Source: Eledone cirrhosa
Taxonomy: Eukaryota
Assembly (NCBI GenBank): GCA_964016885.1
Contig: OZ024742.1
Coordinates: forward strand, 287,866,001-287,930,000
Direction of reading: 5' to 3'
DNA length: 64,000 bases
Part shown: positions 1-13,759 of the stretch, one piece after another
Layout: each line of letters begins with the position of its first letter
Position numbering within the stretch: position 1 is the first letter of the stretch
Position numbers and translations under genes: made by a program
The notes under the pieces: generated by a model
The model's database searches: none
What the model was told of the DNA's origin: nothing
The model's input: the letters and a program-made list of their open reading frames with translations, nothing else

Positions 1-62
1 ATATATATATACATATATATATACATATATATATACATATATATATACATATATATATATAC

Positions 63-95
<33 letters not shown>

Positions 96-454
96 CATAT
101 ATACATATATATATATACATATATATATATACATATATATATATACATATATACCTATACATATATACATATACATATATAATAAATAACCTCATACTGC
201 CTGCTGGATAAGTGGAGTGTTATACACCCCTGATCCTTTCCCTAGCATACATATACATATATATATACATATATACATATATATATATATACATATATAT
301 ATACATATATATATACATATATATATACATATATATACATATATATATATACATATATATATACATATATATATACATATATACATATATATATATATAC
401 ATATATATATACATATATATACATATATATATATATATATACATATATATATAC

Positions 455-501
<47 letters not shown>

Positions 502-563
502 TATATACATATATATATACATATATATATATATATACATATATATATACATATGTATATACA

Positions 564-619
<56 letters not shown>

Positions 620-626
620 TATATAC

Positions 627-657
<31 letters not shown>

Positions 658-658
658 C

Positions 659-741
<83 letters not shown>

Positions 742-1501
742 TATATACATATATATATACATATATATATACATATATATATATATACATATATATATAC
801 ATATATATATACATATATATATACATATGTATATATATATATACATATACATACATATATATACATATATATATATATATATACATATATATACATATAT
901 ATATATACATACATATACATATATATATATACATATATATATATACATATACATATATACAGATATATACATATATATATATACATATACATATATGCAT
1001 ATATACAGATATATATATACATATATACATATATATATATACATATATACATATATACATATACATATATACATATATACATATACACATATACATATAC
1101 ACATATATACATATATATATATACATATACATATATATATATACATATACATATATATATATACATATACATATATACATATACACATATACATATACAT
1201 ATATACATATACATATATACATATATATACATATACATATACATATACATATATATACATATACATATACATATATATACATATACATACACATATATAT
1301 ATATATACATACATAAATACATATACATATATATATATATATATACATACACATATATATATATATACATACACATATATATATATACATACATAAATAC
1401 ATATATATACATATATATATACATATATATATACATATATATATACATATACATATATATATACATATACATATATACATACATATACATATATATACAT
1501 A

Positions 1502-1563
<62 letters not shown>

Positions 1564-1619
1564 CATATATACATATATATATATATACATATATATATAT
1601 ACATATATATATATACATA

Positions 1620-1653
<34 letters not shown>

Positions 1654-1948
1654 CATATATACATACATATACATATACATATATATATATACATATATAT
1701 ATATACATATATATATATACATATATATATATACATATATATATATACATACATATATATATATACATACATATACATATATATATATACATACATATAC
1801 ACATATACATATATATATATATATACACATATACATATATATATATATATAGATATACATATATATACACATATATATATATATAGATATATATATATAT
1901 ACATATATATACACATATACATATATATAGATATATATATATATATAG

Positions 1949-1979
<31 letters not shown>

Positions 1980-2026
1980 CATATATATATACATATACAT
2001 ATATATAGATATATATATATATATAG

Positions 2027-2057
<31 letters not shown>

Positions 2058-2497
2058 CATATATATATACATATACATACATATATATATACATATACAT
2101 ACATATATATATACATACATATATATATACATATACATACATATATATATACATATACATATATATACATATATACATATACATATACATATATATATAT
2201 ACATATATACATACATATATATATATACATATATACATACATATATATATATATATACATATATACATATACATATATATATACATATACATATACATAT
2301 ATATATATATATACATATACATATACATATATACATATATATATATACATATACATATATATATACATATACATATATATATACATATACATATATATAT
2401 ACATATACATATATATATACATATACATATATATATATACATATATATATACATATACATATATATATACATATACATATATATATACATATATATA

Positions 2498-2530
<33 letters not shown>

Positions 2531-2534
2531 ATAT
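1..2534. repeat. Compound (TA)n/(TACA)n microsatellite with a 65-bp unique island at about 181-247
   Basis: Seen directly; it generates the spurious Y/I/H/C/M ORFs. Confidence 0.98.
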
Positions 2535-2565
2535 AAGATCAAAAGATGGTTAAAGGAGTTCCATG

Positions 2566-2636
2566 TATTTTATTATGCGCATTTCAAAAACAAACATCAT
2601 CATGCAATAATATTTGTGTTTTCATCAGATAAAACA
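2566..2636 (-). ncRNA. Minimal type-I hammerhead ribozyme
   Basis: Minus strand reads UGUUUUAU-CUGAUGA-[16-position stem II, 1 mismatch]-GAAA-UGCGCA-UA|AUAAAAUA. Stem I is 8 bp and stem III is palindromic. Confidence 0.85.
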
Positions 2637-3032
2637 GGACATGATATGAAGGCTAAAAAACACTTGTGGATAGTGCAGTTTTAAATCAACATATGAAAAG
2701 TAATTTTATAATGATGTGTGATATTGGGAAAAATATTTTATTTAGAGAGGGCGTGGGGGTGGAAAGGATGAAAAAAGGGGAGGAGATGAGAGTGAAGGTG
2801 GAGAGGGAGAGATGGGTGATAGAGAGAAAGAGATAGTTTTTATAACTGAGAGAAGATATATTGTTTTACATAGAGAGGTTGAAAACCGTTGGAAGATAAT
2901 GTATAAATTAAAAGAATTTGAAAATTAACGAAGGGAAAAAATATGTACGAGGAAAAAATATTTTATTTAGAGAGAGGGGGTGGAAAGGATGAAAAAAGGG
3001 GAGGAGATGAGAGTGAAGGTTGAGAGGGAGAG

Positions 3033-4349
3033 ATGGGTGATAGAGAGAAAGAGATAGTTTTTATAACTATTATTAAGAACAATATACGTAATCTCTTTAA
3101 CCAACGTAACCTAAAAATTGAATTTGATAATAGTATCAAACTAGCTAATTTCTTGGATGTATCTCTTAATCTTGACACTGGCCTATATTACCCTTACCAT
3201 AAAAACAATGAGAACCTAAATTATGTTAACTTTAAATCTAACCATCTTACCGATATCAAGAATGCTATAGTTAGTAATATTGGAAAAAGAATATCTAACA
3301 TATCTTCTAATAAAAACATCTTTGATGCTAACGCCAATTACTATAATAATGCACTTTCTAAAGCCGGTTATCCTGATAAAATCAAATATAATAAAGAAAC
3401 AAATTCTAGAAAAACTTACAGTAGAATAATTAATCATGATCATTCCAATAACTTTAATAAAAGACCTAGATACAAAAACATAATCTGGTATAATGCTCCT
3501 TTCTCCATCTCTATTAATAACAATATTCCTAAATTATTTTTTAGTGCCTTAAATAAATGCTTCCCTCCCTCACATATCTATAGTAAAATATTTAACAAAC
3601 ACACCATAAAATTTTCTTATTCTACATCCTCCAATATTTCCAACATTATCTCTAAACACAACAATAAAATACTAAATACTAAATCTCTTCCTTCCAACAT
3701 TGAATTTCATAATAACAGTAATAGTACTCCCGACGTCATTGTAAACCCTAGGCTAACTTCTGTAAACCCAAATACAACGTCAAACACAACTTCGCTAAAT
3801 GTTCATAATCCAACTCTAAATCAAGAAACTATTATTCCTATTATTCCTATCGCAAACAACTTCTCCAATCCAATTCCTTCTATAGATAACACTAGGTCAC
3901 TCATTAATAATCTCTCTAATTGCAACTGCCGCATTAAAAATAAATGTCCTCTCAACAACCATTGTCTTGATAAAAACTTAATTTATGAATGTAAAGTTAT
4001 AACTAGCACCAATTCCTTCACCTATTTTGGCTCCACTTCCACCTCTTTTAAAGCTCGTCTCTATAATCATCATTCATCTTTTAAATACAAACTTAAAAGA
4101 ACCAACACGGCTCTCTCAGAACTCATATGGTCCTTGAAAGACAAAAACATTAAATATACCATCTTTTGGAAGAAGGTTTCTTCTGCGTCCTCATACTTGA
4201 ACAGCTCTCTATCTAAAATCTGTAATCTCTGCCTAAATGAAAAATTTACCATTATCTCTAATCTAGATTCTGTAATAAATAGACGTACAGATTTGTTTTC
4301 TATCTGCTTGCATAAATTCCATAGGACTTTTCACAAAGTATACAGCTAA
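3033..4349 (+). CDS. PLE ORF remnant: RT thumb, linker and GIY-YIG endonuclease, with no RT catalytic core
   Basis: Thumb motifs NFLDVSL and YVNFKSNH; linker IIWYNAPFS..KCFP..KIFN..TIKFSYS; CNCR..CPL..CL; GIY-YIG-like LIYECKV..TYFGST..FKARLYNH; CNLCLNEK. The first 12 codons come from the inverted terminus. Confidence 0.85.
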   Translation: MGDREKEIVFITIIKNNIRNLFNQRNLKIEFDNSIKLANFLDVSLNLDTGLYYPYHKNNENLNYVNFKSNHLTDIKNAIVSNIGKRISNISSNKNIFDANANYYNNALSKAGYPDKIKYNKETNSRKTYSRIINHDHSNNFNKRPRYKNIIWYNAPFSISINNNIPKLFFSALNKCFPPSHIYSKIFNKHTIKFSYSTSSNISNIISKHNNKILNTKSLPSNIEFHNNSNSTPDVIVNPRLTSVNPNTTSNTTSLNVHNPTLNQETIIPIIPIANNFSNPIPSIDNTRSLINNLSNCNCRIKNKCPLNNHCLDKNLIYECKVITSTNSFTYFGSTSTSFKARLYNHHSSFKYKLKRTNTALSELIWSLKDKNIKYTIFWKKVSSASSYLNSSLSKICNLCLNEKFTIISNLDSVINRRTDLFSICLHKFHRTFHKVYS

Positions 4350-5379
4350 TATTCAATTCTTTATCAATTTAGAATCTTTTCTCAAAGGCACATATACATA
4401 CACCTCTTTAAAATATACCCATCTTCCTACCTTACTTCAAAGGGTATTATACACTCTATAATACTTGTTTACTCATTACCCTCATTCTATCTTCACCTTG
4501 TAAAATCCTTCATAACATATACATTTGTTTTTTTTGACGTTAGAATATTCATCCGCAATTATTATTATTTTTTCTCTCCATCATCAAACTTTTTAATCTC
4601 AATACATTAACTCCCTCTCCTTCTTCGTACACATTCTTTTGACGCTAGAATATTCATCCTTAATTTATTATTTTTTTCTCCCCATCATCTAACTCATTCT
4701 TAATACATATTAACTCTTTCTTCGCACATATTATCAATTCCTTCAATATACAAACCTTAACTTCACATTATTTTTCTCAAATCCTTCAATACACAAACCT
4801 TAATAATTTTTTAATACATATTAACTCTTTCTTCGCACATATTATCAATTCCTTCAATATACAAACCTTAACTTCACATTATTTTTCTCAAATCCTTCAA
4901 TACAAAAACCTTAATAATTTTTTTCTCTTCGTTAATTTTGAAATTGCCATAATACTTATAAACATACAACTTTTTTTGACGTTAGAATATTCATCCGCAA
5001 TTATTATTTTTTCTCTCTATCTTCAAACTTTTTAATCTCAATACATATCAACTCCCTCTCTTTCCTCGTACATATTTTTCCCTTCGTTAATTTTCAAATT
5101 CTTTTAATTTATACATTATCTTCCAACGGTTTTCAACCTCTCTATGTAAAACAATATATCTTCTCTCAGTTATAAAAACTATCTCTTTCTCTCTATCACC
5201 CATCTCTCCCTCTCCACCTTCACTCTCATCTCCTCCCCTTTTTTCATCCTTTCCACCCACCCCCTCTCTAAATAAAATATTTTTCCCAATATCACACATC
5301 AATCTAAAACTACTTTTCATATGTTGATTTAAAACTGCACTATCCACAAGTGTTTTTTAGCCTTCATATCATGTCCTCC

Positions 5380-5450
5380 TGTTTTATCTGATGAAAACAC
5401 AAATATTATTGCATGATGATGTTTGTTTTTGAAATGCACATAATAAAATA
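5380..5450 (+). ncRNA. Minimal type-I hammerhead ribozyme (stem III palindrome broken)
   Basis: CTGATGA at 5388, GAAA at 5431, then TGCACA-TA|ATAAAATA. Confidence 0.75.
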
Positions 5451-6058
5451 CATGGAACTCCTTTAACCATCTTTTGATCTTATATATTATGTATACTCCA
5501 GTCCTACAAACTGTAGAGTGCTTCTTATCTGATATCTGCATTGCTTTATTGTACTACAATAAAACTCACCTCCTACATATACATATATATATACATATAC
5601 ATATATATATATACATATATATACATATACATATATATATACATATACATATATATATACATATACATATATATATACATATATATACACATATACATAT
5701 ACATATACACACATATACATATATACATATATATATACACACATATACATATATACATATATATATACACACATATACATATATACATATATATATACAC
5801 ACATATACATATATACATATATATATACACACATATATATATACACATATATATATACACACATATATATATACACACATATACATATATACATTTATAT
5901 ATACACACATATACATATATACATATATATATACACACATATACATATATACATATATATATACACACATATACATATATACATATATATATACACACAT
6001 ATACATATATACATATATATATACACACATATACATATATACATATATATATACACAC

Positions 6059-6105
<47 letters not shown>

Positions 6106-6304
6106 TATATACATATACATATATATATACATATATATACATATATATACATATATATATACATATATATACATATATATACATATATACATATATATAC
6201 ATATATATACATATATACATATATATATACATATACATATATATATACATATACATATATATATACATATACATATATATATACATATACATATATACAT
6301 ATAC

Positions 6305-6350
<46 letters not shown>

Positions 6351-6424
6351 ATACATATACATATATATATACATATACATATATACATATACATATACAT
6401 ATATATATATACATATATATATAC

Positions 6425-6456
<32 letters not shown>

Positions 6457-6716
6457 ATACATATACATATATATATATATATACATATACATATGTAGAT
6501 AAATCTACCAAGAGTTTACGGTAGTGTCCAATCCGTATGAAGAACTCAATGTATTCCGGATATCATGGAAAGAAGAGATGTAATGAAAAATCACTTTCGG
6601 TGAAAGATAAACGGTATACAGAGTCAAGATAAAATATTAAACAAATAATGAATAATAATATTCATTATTTGTTTAATATTTTACATATACATATATATAT
6701 ACATATATATATATAC

Positions 6717-6765
<49 letters not shown>

Positions 6766-6868
6766 CATATACATATACATATATATATATACATATACAT
6801 ATATATATATACATATACATATACATATATATATATACATATATACATATATATATATACATATATAC

Positions 6869-6901
<33 letters not shown>

Positions 6902-7114
6902 CATATATACATATATATATATACATATATATATATACATATATATATATACATATATATATATATACATATATACATATATATATATACATATATACAT
7001 ATATATATATACATATATATATATACATATATACATATATATATATACATATATACATATATATATATACATATATACATATATATATATACATATATAC
7101 ATATATATATATAC

Positions 7115-7157
<43 letters not shown>

Positions 7158-7180
7158 CATATATACATATATATATATAC

Positions 7181-7281
<101 letters not shown>

Positions 7282-7346
7282 CATATATACATATATATAT
7301 ATATACATATATATATACATATATACATATATACATATATATATAT

Positions 7347-7377
<31 letters not shown>

Positions 7378-7388
7378 TACATATATAC

Positions 7389-7487
<99 letters not shown>

Positions 7488-7489
7488 CA

Positions 7490-7895
7490 TGGTGGCTGCC
7501 AACTCGTTTTCGAGTACGGCCACTACTTTATATCCATGTAGGAGAACCCCTACCAATGCGCTGAACGAATGTGACTTTTTAGTCCAGCCAGCGACTTGAA
7601 AACTCTGGTACAAACACTACACTTGTGACAATTATTGACACATAGTGCTGGGCCCATGGTACCATGTGACGACAAGTGTAGAGAGATCTCCAGATATAAA
7701 GCAATGCCTGTGCTGTGAAGCTTTTATAGTGAGCAAAGGCACTGCACAAAGCCAGTCCCACTCTCTTAACCAAGATGATATTTACCAAAAAGAAGAACAA
7801 GTCAACATCATTGGATACCATCAGGGTTGCAGGTGTTATATCAGAGTTTTCCTTCTCCTAGAATTCTGCCTTGACAAAGGCTAAGGGGTCATCTC
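7490..7895 (+). mobile_element. Interspersed repeat (RTE 5'UTR-like), related to 18050-18330 and 63275-63565
   Basis: The three copies share blocks close to AAGCAATGCCTGTGCT, GTCAACATCATTGGAT and CAGAGTTT(T)CC(T)TCTCCTAGAA. Confidence 0.6.
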
Positions 7896-7933
7896 TCATG
7901 TATATATACATATATATATATATACATATATAC

Positions 7934-7964
<31 letters not shown>

Positions 7965-7973
7965 CATATATAC

Positions 7974-8078
<105 letters not shown>

Positions 8079-8087
8079 CATATATAC

Positions 8088-8182
<95 letters not shown>

Positions 8183-8194
8183 CATATATATACA

Positions 8195-8264
<70 letters not shown>

Positions 8265-8286
8265 CATATATATACATATATATACA

Positions 8287-8338
<52 letters not shown>

Positions 8339-8419
8339 CATATATATAAATATATACATACATATATATATATATATACATATATATAAATATATACATA
8401 TATATAAATATATACATAC

Positions 8420-8450
<31 letters not shown>

Positions 8451-8553
8451 CATATATATATATACATACATATATATATATATACATACATATATATATA
8501 TATACATATATATAAATATATACATATATATATATATATACATATATATATAC

Positions 8554-8584
<31 letters not shown>

Positions 8585-8685
8585 CATATATATATATACA
8601 TATATATATATACATATATATACACATATATATATATACATATATATATATACATATATAAACACATATATATATATATACACAT

Positions 8686-8822
8686 ATATCGAATAAGGAA
8701 ATGATGTCACGACACTCGCACACAGAACAGTGTGGCCAGTGTCGCCATTGAAATATATATCACAGCATTATTATTAAAGGATTTGAACATCTGAAACTAC
8801 TTCGCTTTTCCTTATTCGATAT
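8686..8822. mobile_element. 137-bp element with 16-bp terminal inverted repeats (MITE-like or fold-back)
   Basis: ATATCGAATAAGGAAA at 8686-8701 and TTTCCTTATTCGATAT at 8807-8822, with an internal hairpin. Confidence 0.55.
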
Positions 8823-9052
8823 TTACTCCGTCACTCCTATGTGGAATAAGTACGTTGAGTGCTTGAATTGAATTGCATCAATATTTACCCTGATATATAC
8901 ACATATATATACATACATATATACACATATATATATATATACATATACACATATATACACACATATATATATATATATACACATATATACACACATATAT
9001 ATATATATACACATATATATATATATATATACATATACACATATATACACAC

Positions 9053-9083
<31 letters not shown>

Positions 9084-9440
9084 TATATATCTATATATAT
9101 ATACATATACACATATATACACACATATATATATATCTATATATATATACATATACACATATATACACACATATATATATATCTATATATATACATATAC
9201 ACATATATACACACATATATATATATCTATATATATACATATACACATATATACACACATATATATATATCTATATATATACATATACACATATATATAT
9301 ATCTATATATATATACATATACACATATATACACACATATATATATATACATACATATACACATATATACACACATATATATATATATACACATATATAC
9401 ACACATATATACACACATATATATATATATACACATATAT

Positions 9441-9487
<47 letters not shown>

Positions 9488-9490
9488 TAG

Positions 9491-9539
<49 letters not shown>

Positions 9540-9542
9540 TAG

Positions 9543-9587
<45 letters not shown>

Positions 9588-9590
9588 TAG

Positions 9591-9635
<45 letters not shown>

Positions 9636-9642
9636 TACACAC

Positions 9643-9675
<33 letters not shown>

Positions 9676-9676
9676 T

Positions 9677-9723
<47 letters not shown>

Positions 9724-9724
9724 T

Positions 9725-9769
<45 letters not shown>

Positions 9770-9770
9770 T

Positions 9771-9813
<43 letters not shown>

Positions 9814-9838
9814 TATATATATATACACATATATACAC

Positions 9839-9917
<79 letters not shown>

Positions 9918-9938
9918 TACATATATATATATATATAC

Positions 9939-10278
9939 GGAGGCACATGGCTTAGTGGTTAGAGCATTGGCCTTGCAATCGAAAGGTTGAGAGTTCAATT
10001 CTCAGACCGGGTGATGTGTTGTTTCCTTGAGCAAGACACTTTAATTCACATTGCTCCAGTTTACTCAGCTGTAGAAATGAGATGATAGGACTGGGGTCCT
10101 TATCATTCCACTGTGAAATGGTCGTGGAGGTGCCACGGCAAAAAAGCACCCAGCACTAACTGTAAATGAGGTTGGTGTTAGGAAGGGCATCCAGCTGTAG
10201 AAATCAAGCCAGAATCAGTTCCCGTCCCACCCTTGCAAGCAGGGAAAAGTGGACGTAAAATGAATTGATGATGATGAT
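9939..10278 (+). mobile_element. tRNA-derived SINE with RTE-type 3' tail
   Basis: A-box TGGCTTAGTGG, B-box GAGTTCAATTCT, tail CCCTTGCAAGCAGGGAAAAG..(GAT)n. Near-identical to 58194-58537. Confidence 0.9.
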
Positions 10279-10402
10279 ACATATATATATATATACACAC
10301 ATATATAGATACATATATATATACACACATCTATAGATACATATATATATATATACACATATATATACATATATATGTATATACATATATGCTCATGTAT
10401 GT

Positions 10403-10441
<39 letters not shown>

Positions 10442-10609
10442 CTCTACCATTTCCTCTAAGAGTTGTACCAAATTCCATATTGAGAACTTCCTTTCCTGGC
10501 TTCCATGTTTACCATTTAACTCATCATTAGCTTCACATTAGCAACACACATTTCTGATGACAAACATTTAACTTATACAAAAACAGTAACGCTGTAATTT
10601 TTTTTTACT

Positions 10610-11235
10610 TCAAAACACTCAGTCCAACCTGTAAAGTGTTGCTACTATGAAAAAAACACTCAGTCCACCCTGTAATGTGGTAGTGTTGGTCCTATGACAA
10701 AAACACCCGGTCCACCCTGTAAAGTAGTAGTGCTGATGTCAGTGAAAAAACATCCACTTCACCTTGTAAATTGGTAATGCTTGTACCATTACAAAAAACA
10801 CCCTCTCCACCCTGTAAAGTGGTAGTGTTGGTACCTTGATAAAAACATCCAGTCCACCCTGTAAAGTGGTAGTGTTTCTACTATGACAAAAACACCCAGT
10901 CCACCCTGTAAAGTGATAGTGTAGGTACCATGACAAAAGCACCCAGTCCATCCTGTAAGATGGTAATGCTGGTGTCAATGAAAAGTACCCAGTCCACCCT
11001 ATAAAGTGGTAATGTTGGTACCATGACAAAAAACACCCAGTTCACACTGTAAGGTGGTAGTGCTGGTACCTTGATAAAAAACACCCAATCCACTCTGCAA
11101 GGTGGTAGTACAGGTGTCACAATGATAAACACCCAGTCCATCCTGTAAGTTGGTAGTGCTGGTGTCACAATGAAAACCACCCAATCCACCCTGTAAAGTT
11201 GTTGGTATTAAGGCATCCATCCATAGAAACTAAGC
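10610..11235 (+). repeat. About 49-50-bp minisatellite (about 12 units) derived from a SINE/LINE 3'UTR segment
   Basis: Unit is approximately AAAAACACCCAGTCCACCCTGTAAAGTGGTAGTGCTGGTACCATGAC. Confidence 0.9.
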
Positions 11236-11338
11236 CCAAAATCTAAGGTATGAGCAAGATGTGCTCGCCTGACCTATCTAGCTCCTGAACATGACAAACC
11301 ATTAACACATGCCAGCATGGAAAAATAGCTGTTAAACA

Positions 11339-11818
11339 GTGATGGTGGTGGTGGTGGTAGTGATGGTGGTAGTGATGGTGGTGGTGGTGGTGGTGATGAT
11401 GGTAGTGATGGTAATGATGGTAGTGGTGGTGGTGGTGGTGTGGTGATGGTGGTAGTGATGGTGGTGGTGGTGGTGGTGATGATGGTAGTGATGGTAATAA
11501 TGGTAGTGGTGGTGGTGGTGGTGGTGGTGTGGTGATGGTGGTGGTGATGGTGGTGGTGATGATGGTGGGTGGTGGTGGTGGTGATGGTGGAGATGATGGT
11601 AGTGATGGTAGTGGTGGTGGTGGTGTGGTGGTGGTGGAGGCGGGGTGGGGGTGGGGTGGGGGGGGATGATGATGTTGGTGGTGGTGGTAGTGGTGATGAC
11701 GGTGATGGTGACGGTGGTGACGGTGGTGGTGATGAAGAAGAGACAATGGACAGGTGAATAATGAATCAGTGTCAGATAAAGGAAGAAGATGAAGGCATTA
11801 AAGGGATTACAATAGTCA

Positions 11819-11855
<37 letters not shown>

Positions 11856-11994
11856 CGCGATAGTAATAGTAGTGGTGGTGATAGTGGTAGTTGTAGTAGT
11901 AGTAATAGTTGTGGTGGTGGTGTGGGTGGTGATAGTAATAGTAGTGGTGGTGGTGGTAGTAGTAGTAGGAATAGTAGTAGTAGTAGTTATGTTG

Positions 11995-12026
<32 letters not shown>

Positions 12027-12030
12027 TGAA
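11339..12030. repeat. (GGT/GAT)n and (GTA)n trinucleotide tracts
   Basis: Seen directly; they produce poly-H/P/T/V pseudo-ORFs. Confidence 0.95.
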
Positions 12031-12334
12031 GTGTAGAGCTGAGCAGTGTAGTGTAGTGTATGGTTAATGGGGCCAAGACAAGACAAGATTAGGGGGTAAA
12101 AAGAGGACAAAATAGCCTAAAGGTAGCTAGACATAGTTTTAAGATGTTTAGAGATACCCAGATTAAGATTAATGACAAGAGCAGCTGGAGAAGGACAATG
12201 GACTGGTGTTAATTACAGGTGGATTGGCAGAATCAGTAAAGTCATGGAGAAAATATTTGGCAGTTTTTAGTTAGGACTTTCTAAGTTCTAAGTTCAAATC
12301 CTGTTATAGAAACCATGCCAAAAAACACACCCAG

Positions 12335-12600
12335 TGCTTAGCCTAGTGGTAAGGGTGTTAGACTTATAATCATAATGTCATGGGTTCGATTCCTAGGCTG
12401 GGTTGTGTGTTGTGCTCTTGAGCAAAGCACTTTGTTTCATGTTGCTTCAGTATACTCAGCTGAAAATGAGTACCAGCAATAGCTGGGAGTTTAACCCTGT
12501 GATGGACTGGCACCCAGTCGCTTCACACCATGGAAACCAGCGGATAACACTGGCCCGATGAGTCTCTGGGCTCGAGACAGATTTTAGACTTGGAGACTTT
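12335..12600 (+). mobile_element. tRNA-derived SINE (family 2); other copies at 14635-14770, 14935-15220, 30855-31019/33687-33750, 57200-57380 and 63890-64000
   Basis: GCCTAGTGGTAAGGG..GGTTCGATTCC Pol III boxes and the shared body CTCAGCTGAAAATGAGTACCAGCAATAGCTGGG. Confidence 0.85.
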
Positions 12601-13689
12601 GTAAAGGGGTTGGTTGTTAGGAAGGACATTCAGCCATAGAAACTATGCTAAAATGTGGAGTGTATGAGCAAGATGTGGTTCCTGACTTGTCTAGTTTCAG
12701 AATGTGACAATTAGTCAAAAGCATGCCATCATAGAAAAACAGACATATGATGATCATGATGATGGTGGTAGTGGTGATGATGATGGTGATGATCATGATG
12801 ATGACTGCCTGAGCTAAGTTCAACATCATATTGCAATATATCTTACATAAAAGCAGAATGTCTAGCAATGGTTTGAAACCCTATGAATCACAATGAAGCC
12901 CTCTAATTTCTACTTAAAACAGGTGATTGTTGAGATACAAACAAAATACAAGTGATCAGATTATTACAATGAAAAAAGATTCAGGTTCATAAACACAAAC
13001 ACATGAATAAATTTGAATATTAATGAGACAAAACAAAGAACAACAACAACAACAACAATACTTTACTCCACCCATCTTTCTGTATGTGACAGTAGATATA
13101 AAAGGTTTAATATATAGTTCCAATGATAAAAATAGTGGAAACCAAGTATCCTTGTTGTTGTTGTTAATGTTAACCCTAGTTAGGGCAGTGGATTGGCAGC
13201 AAGGCAGTATTGGTGGAGCATTGGATAAGATGCTTTATGTCATAGAGTTATGGCCCTTTACGATTTGAGTTCAAATCCTGTCGAGGTTAGTTTTGCTTTC
13301 ATCCTTAAGGGGTCGATAAAATAATGTACCAGTAACAATGATGGTGACAATGATGATAATGATAGTGATGTATGAATGTCTGACTTTTATATGCACATGG
13401 ATATATGCATGTAAGCAGATATCAATTTTCATGTATGTAAATGTGTGTGTGTGTGTGTGTTGCACATATGCAGATGCTGATAAAAACTATAACTTAAGGA
13501 TGTTGACCTTTAATATAACATCCAGTAAACCTCCACAGGGGAATAAATCCCCATTGGTCCCCCTCATCACCACCTACTCTTTCCTTTTCATATGATATCT
13601 TAATTGTGGTTTCAGAAATGTTTGACCTTTTGTCAAGTGACAGCAGGAGTAAGAGAGAAAAGAACAGGGAACTCTGTGGGTCAAGGCTG

Positions 13690-13759
<70 letters not shown>

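Larger units (their letters stand above)
2535..5481 (+). mobile_element. 5'-truncated Penelope-like retroelement with inverted pseudo-LTR, inserted in (TA)n
   Basis: 2535-2955 is the reverse complement of 5061-5481. A partial second inverted copy lies at 2956-3068. The internal ORF encodes RT thumb plus GIY-YIG. The 3' region has tandem subrepeats (4535-5060) and both termini carry hammerhead motifs. Confidence 0.9.

Noticed and set aside
9939-10010. tRNA gene (TGC loop)
   Set aside because: It is a SINE head: it continues into a repeat body with an RTE tail and is duplicated at 58194.
10610-11235. CRISPR-like regular array
   Set aside because: The whole unit repeats with no unique spacers; context is eukaryotic with no cas genes.
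11243-12110. His/Pro-rich, poly-Val and poly-Thr ORFs
   Set aside because: Trinucleotide repeats open in several frames, with no splice or homology support.
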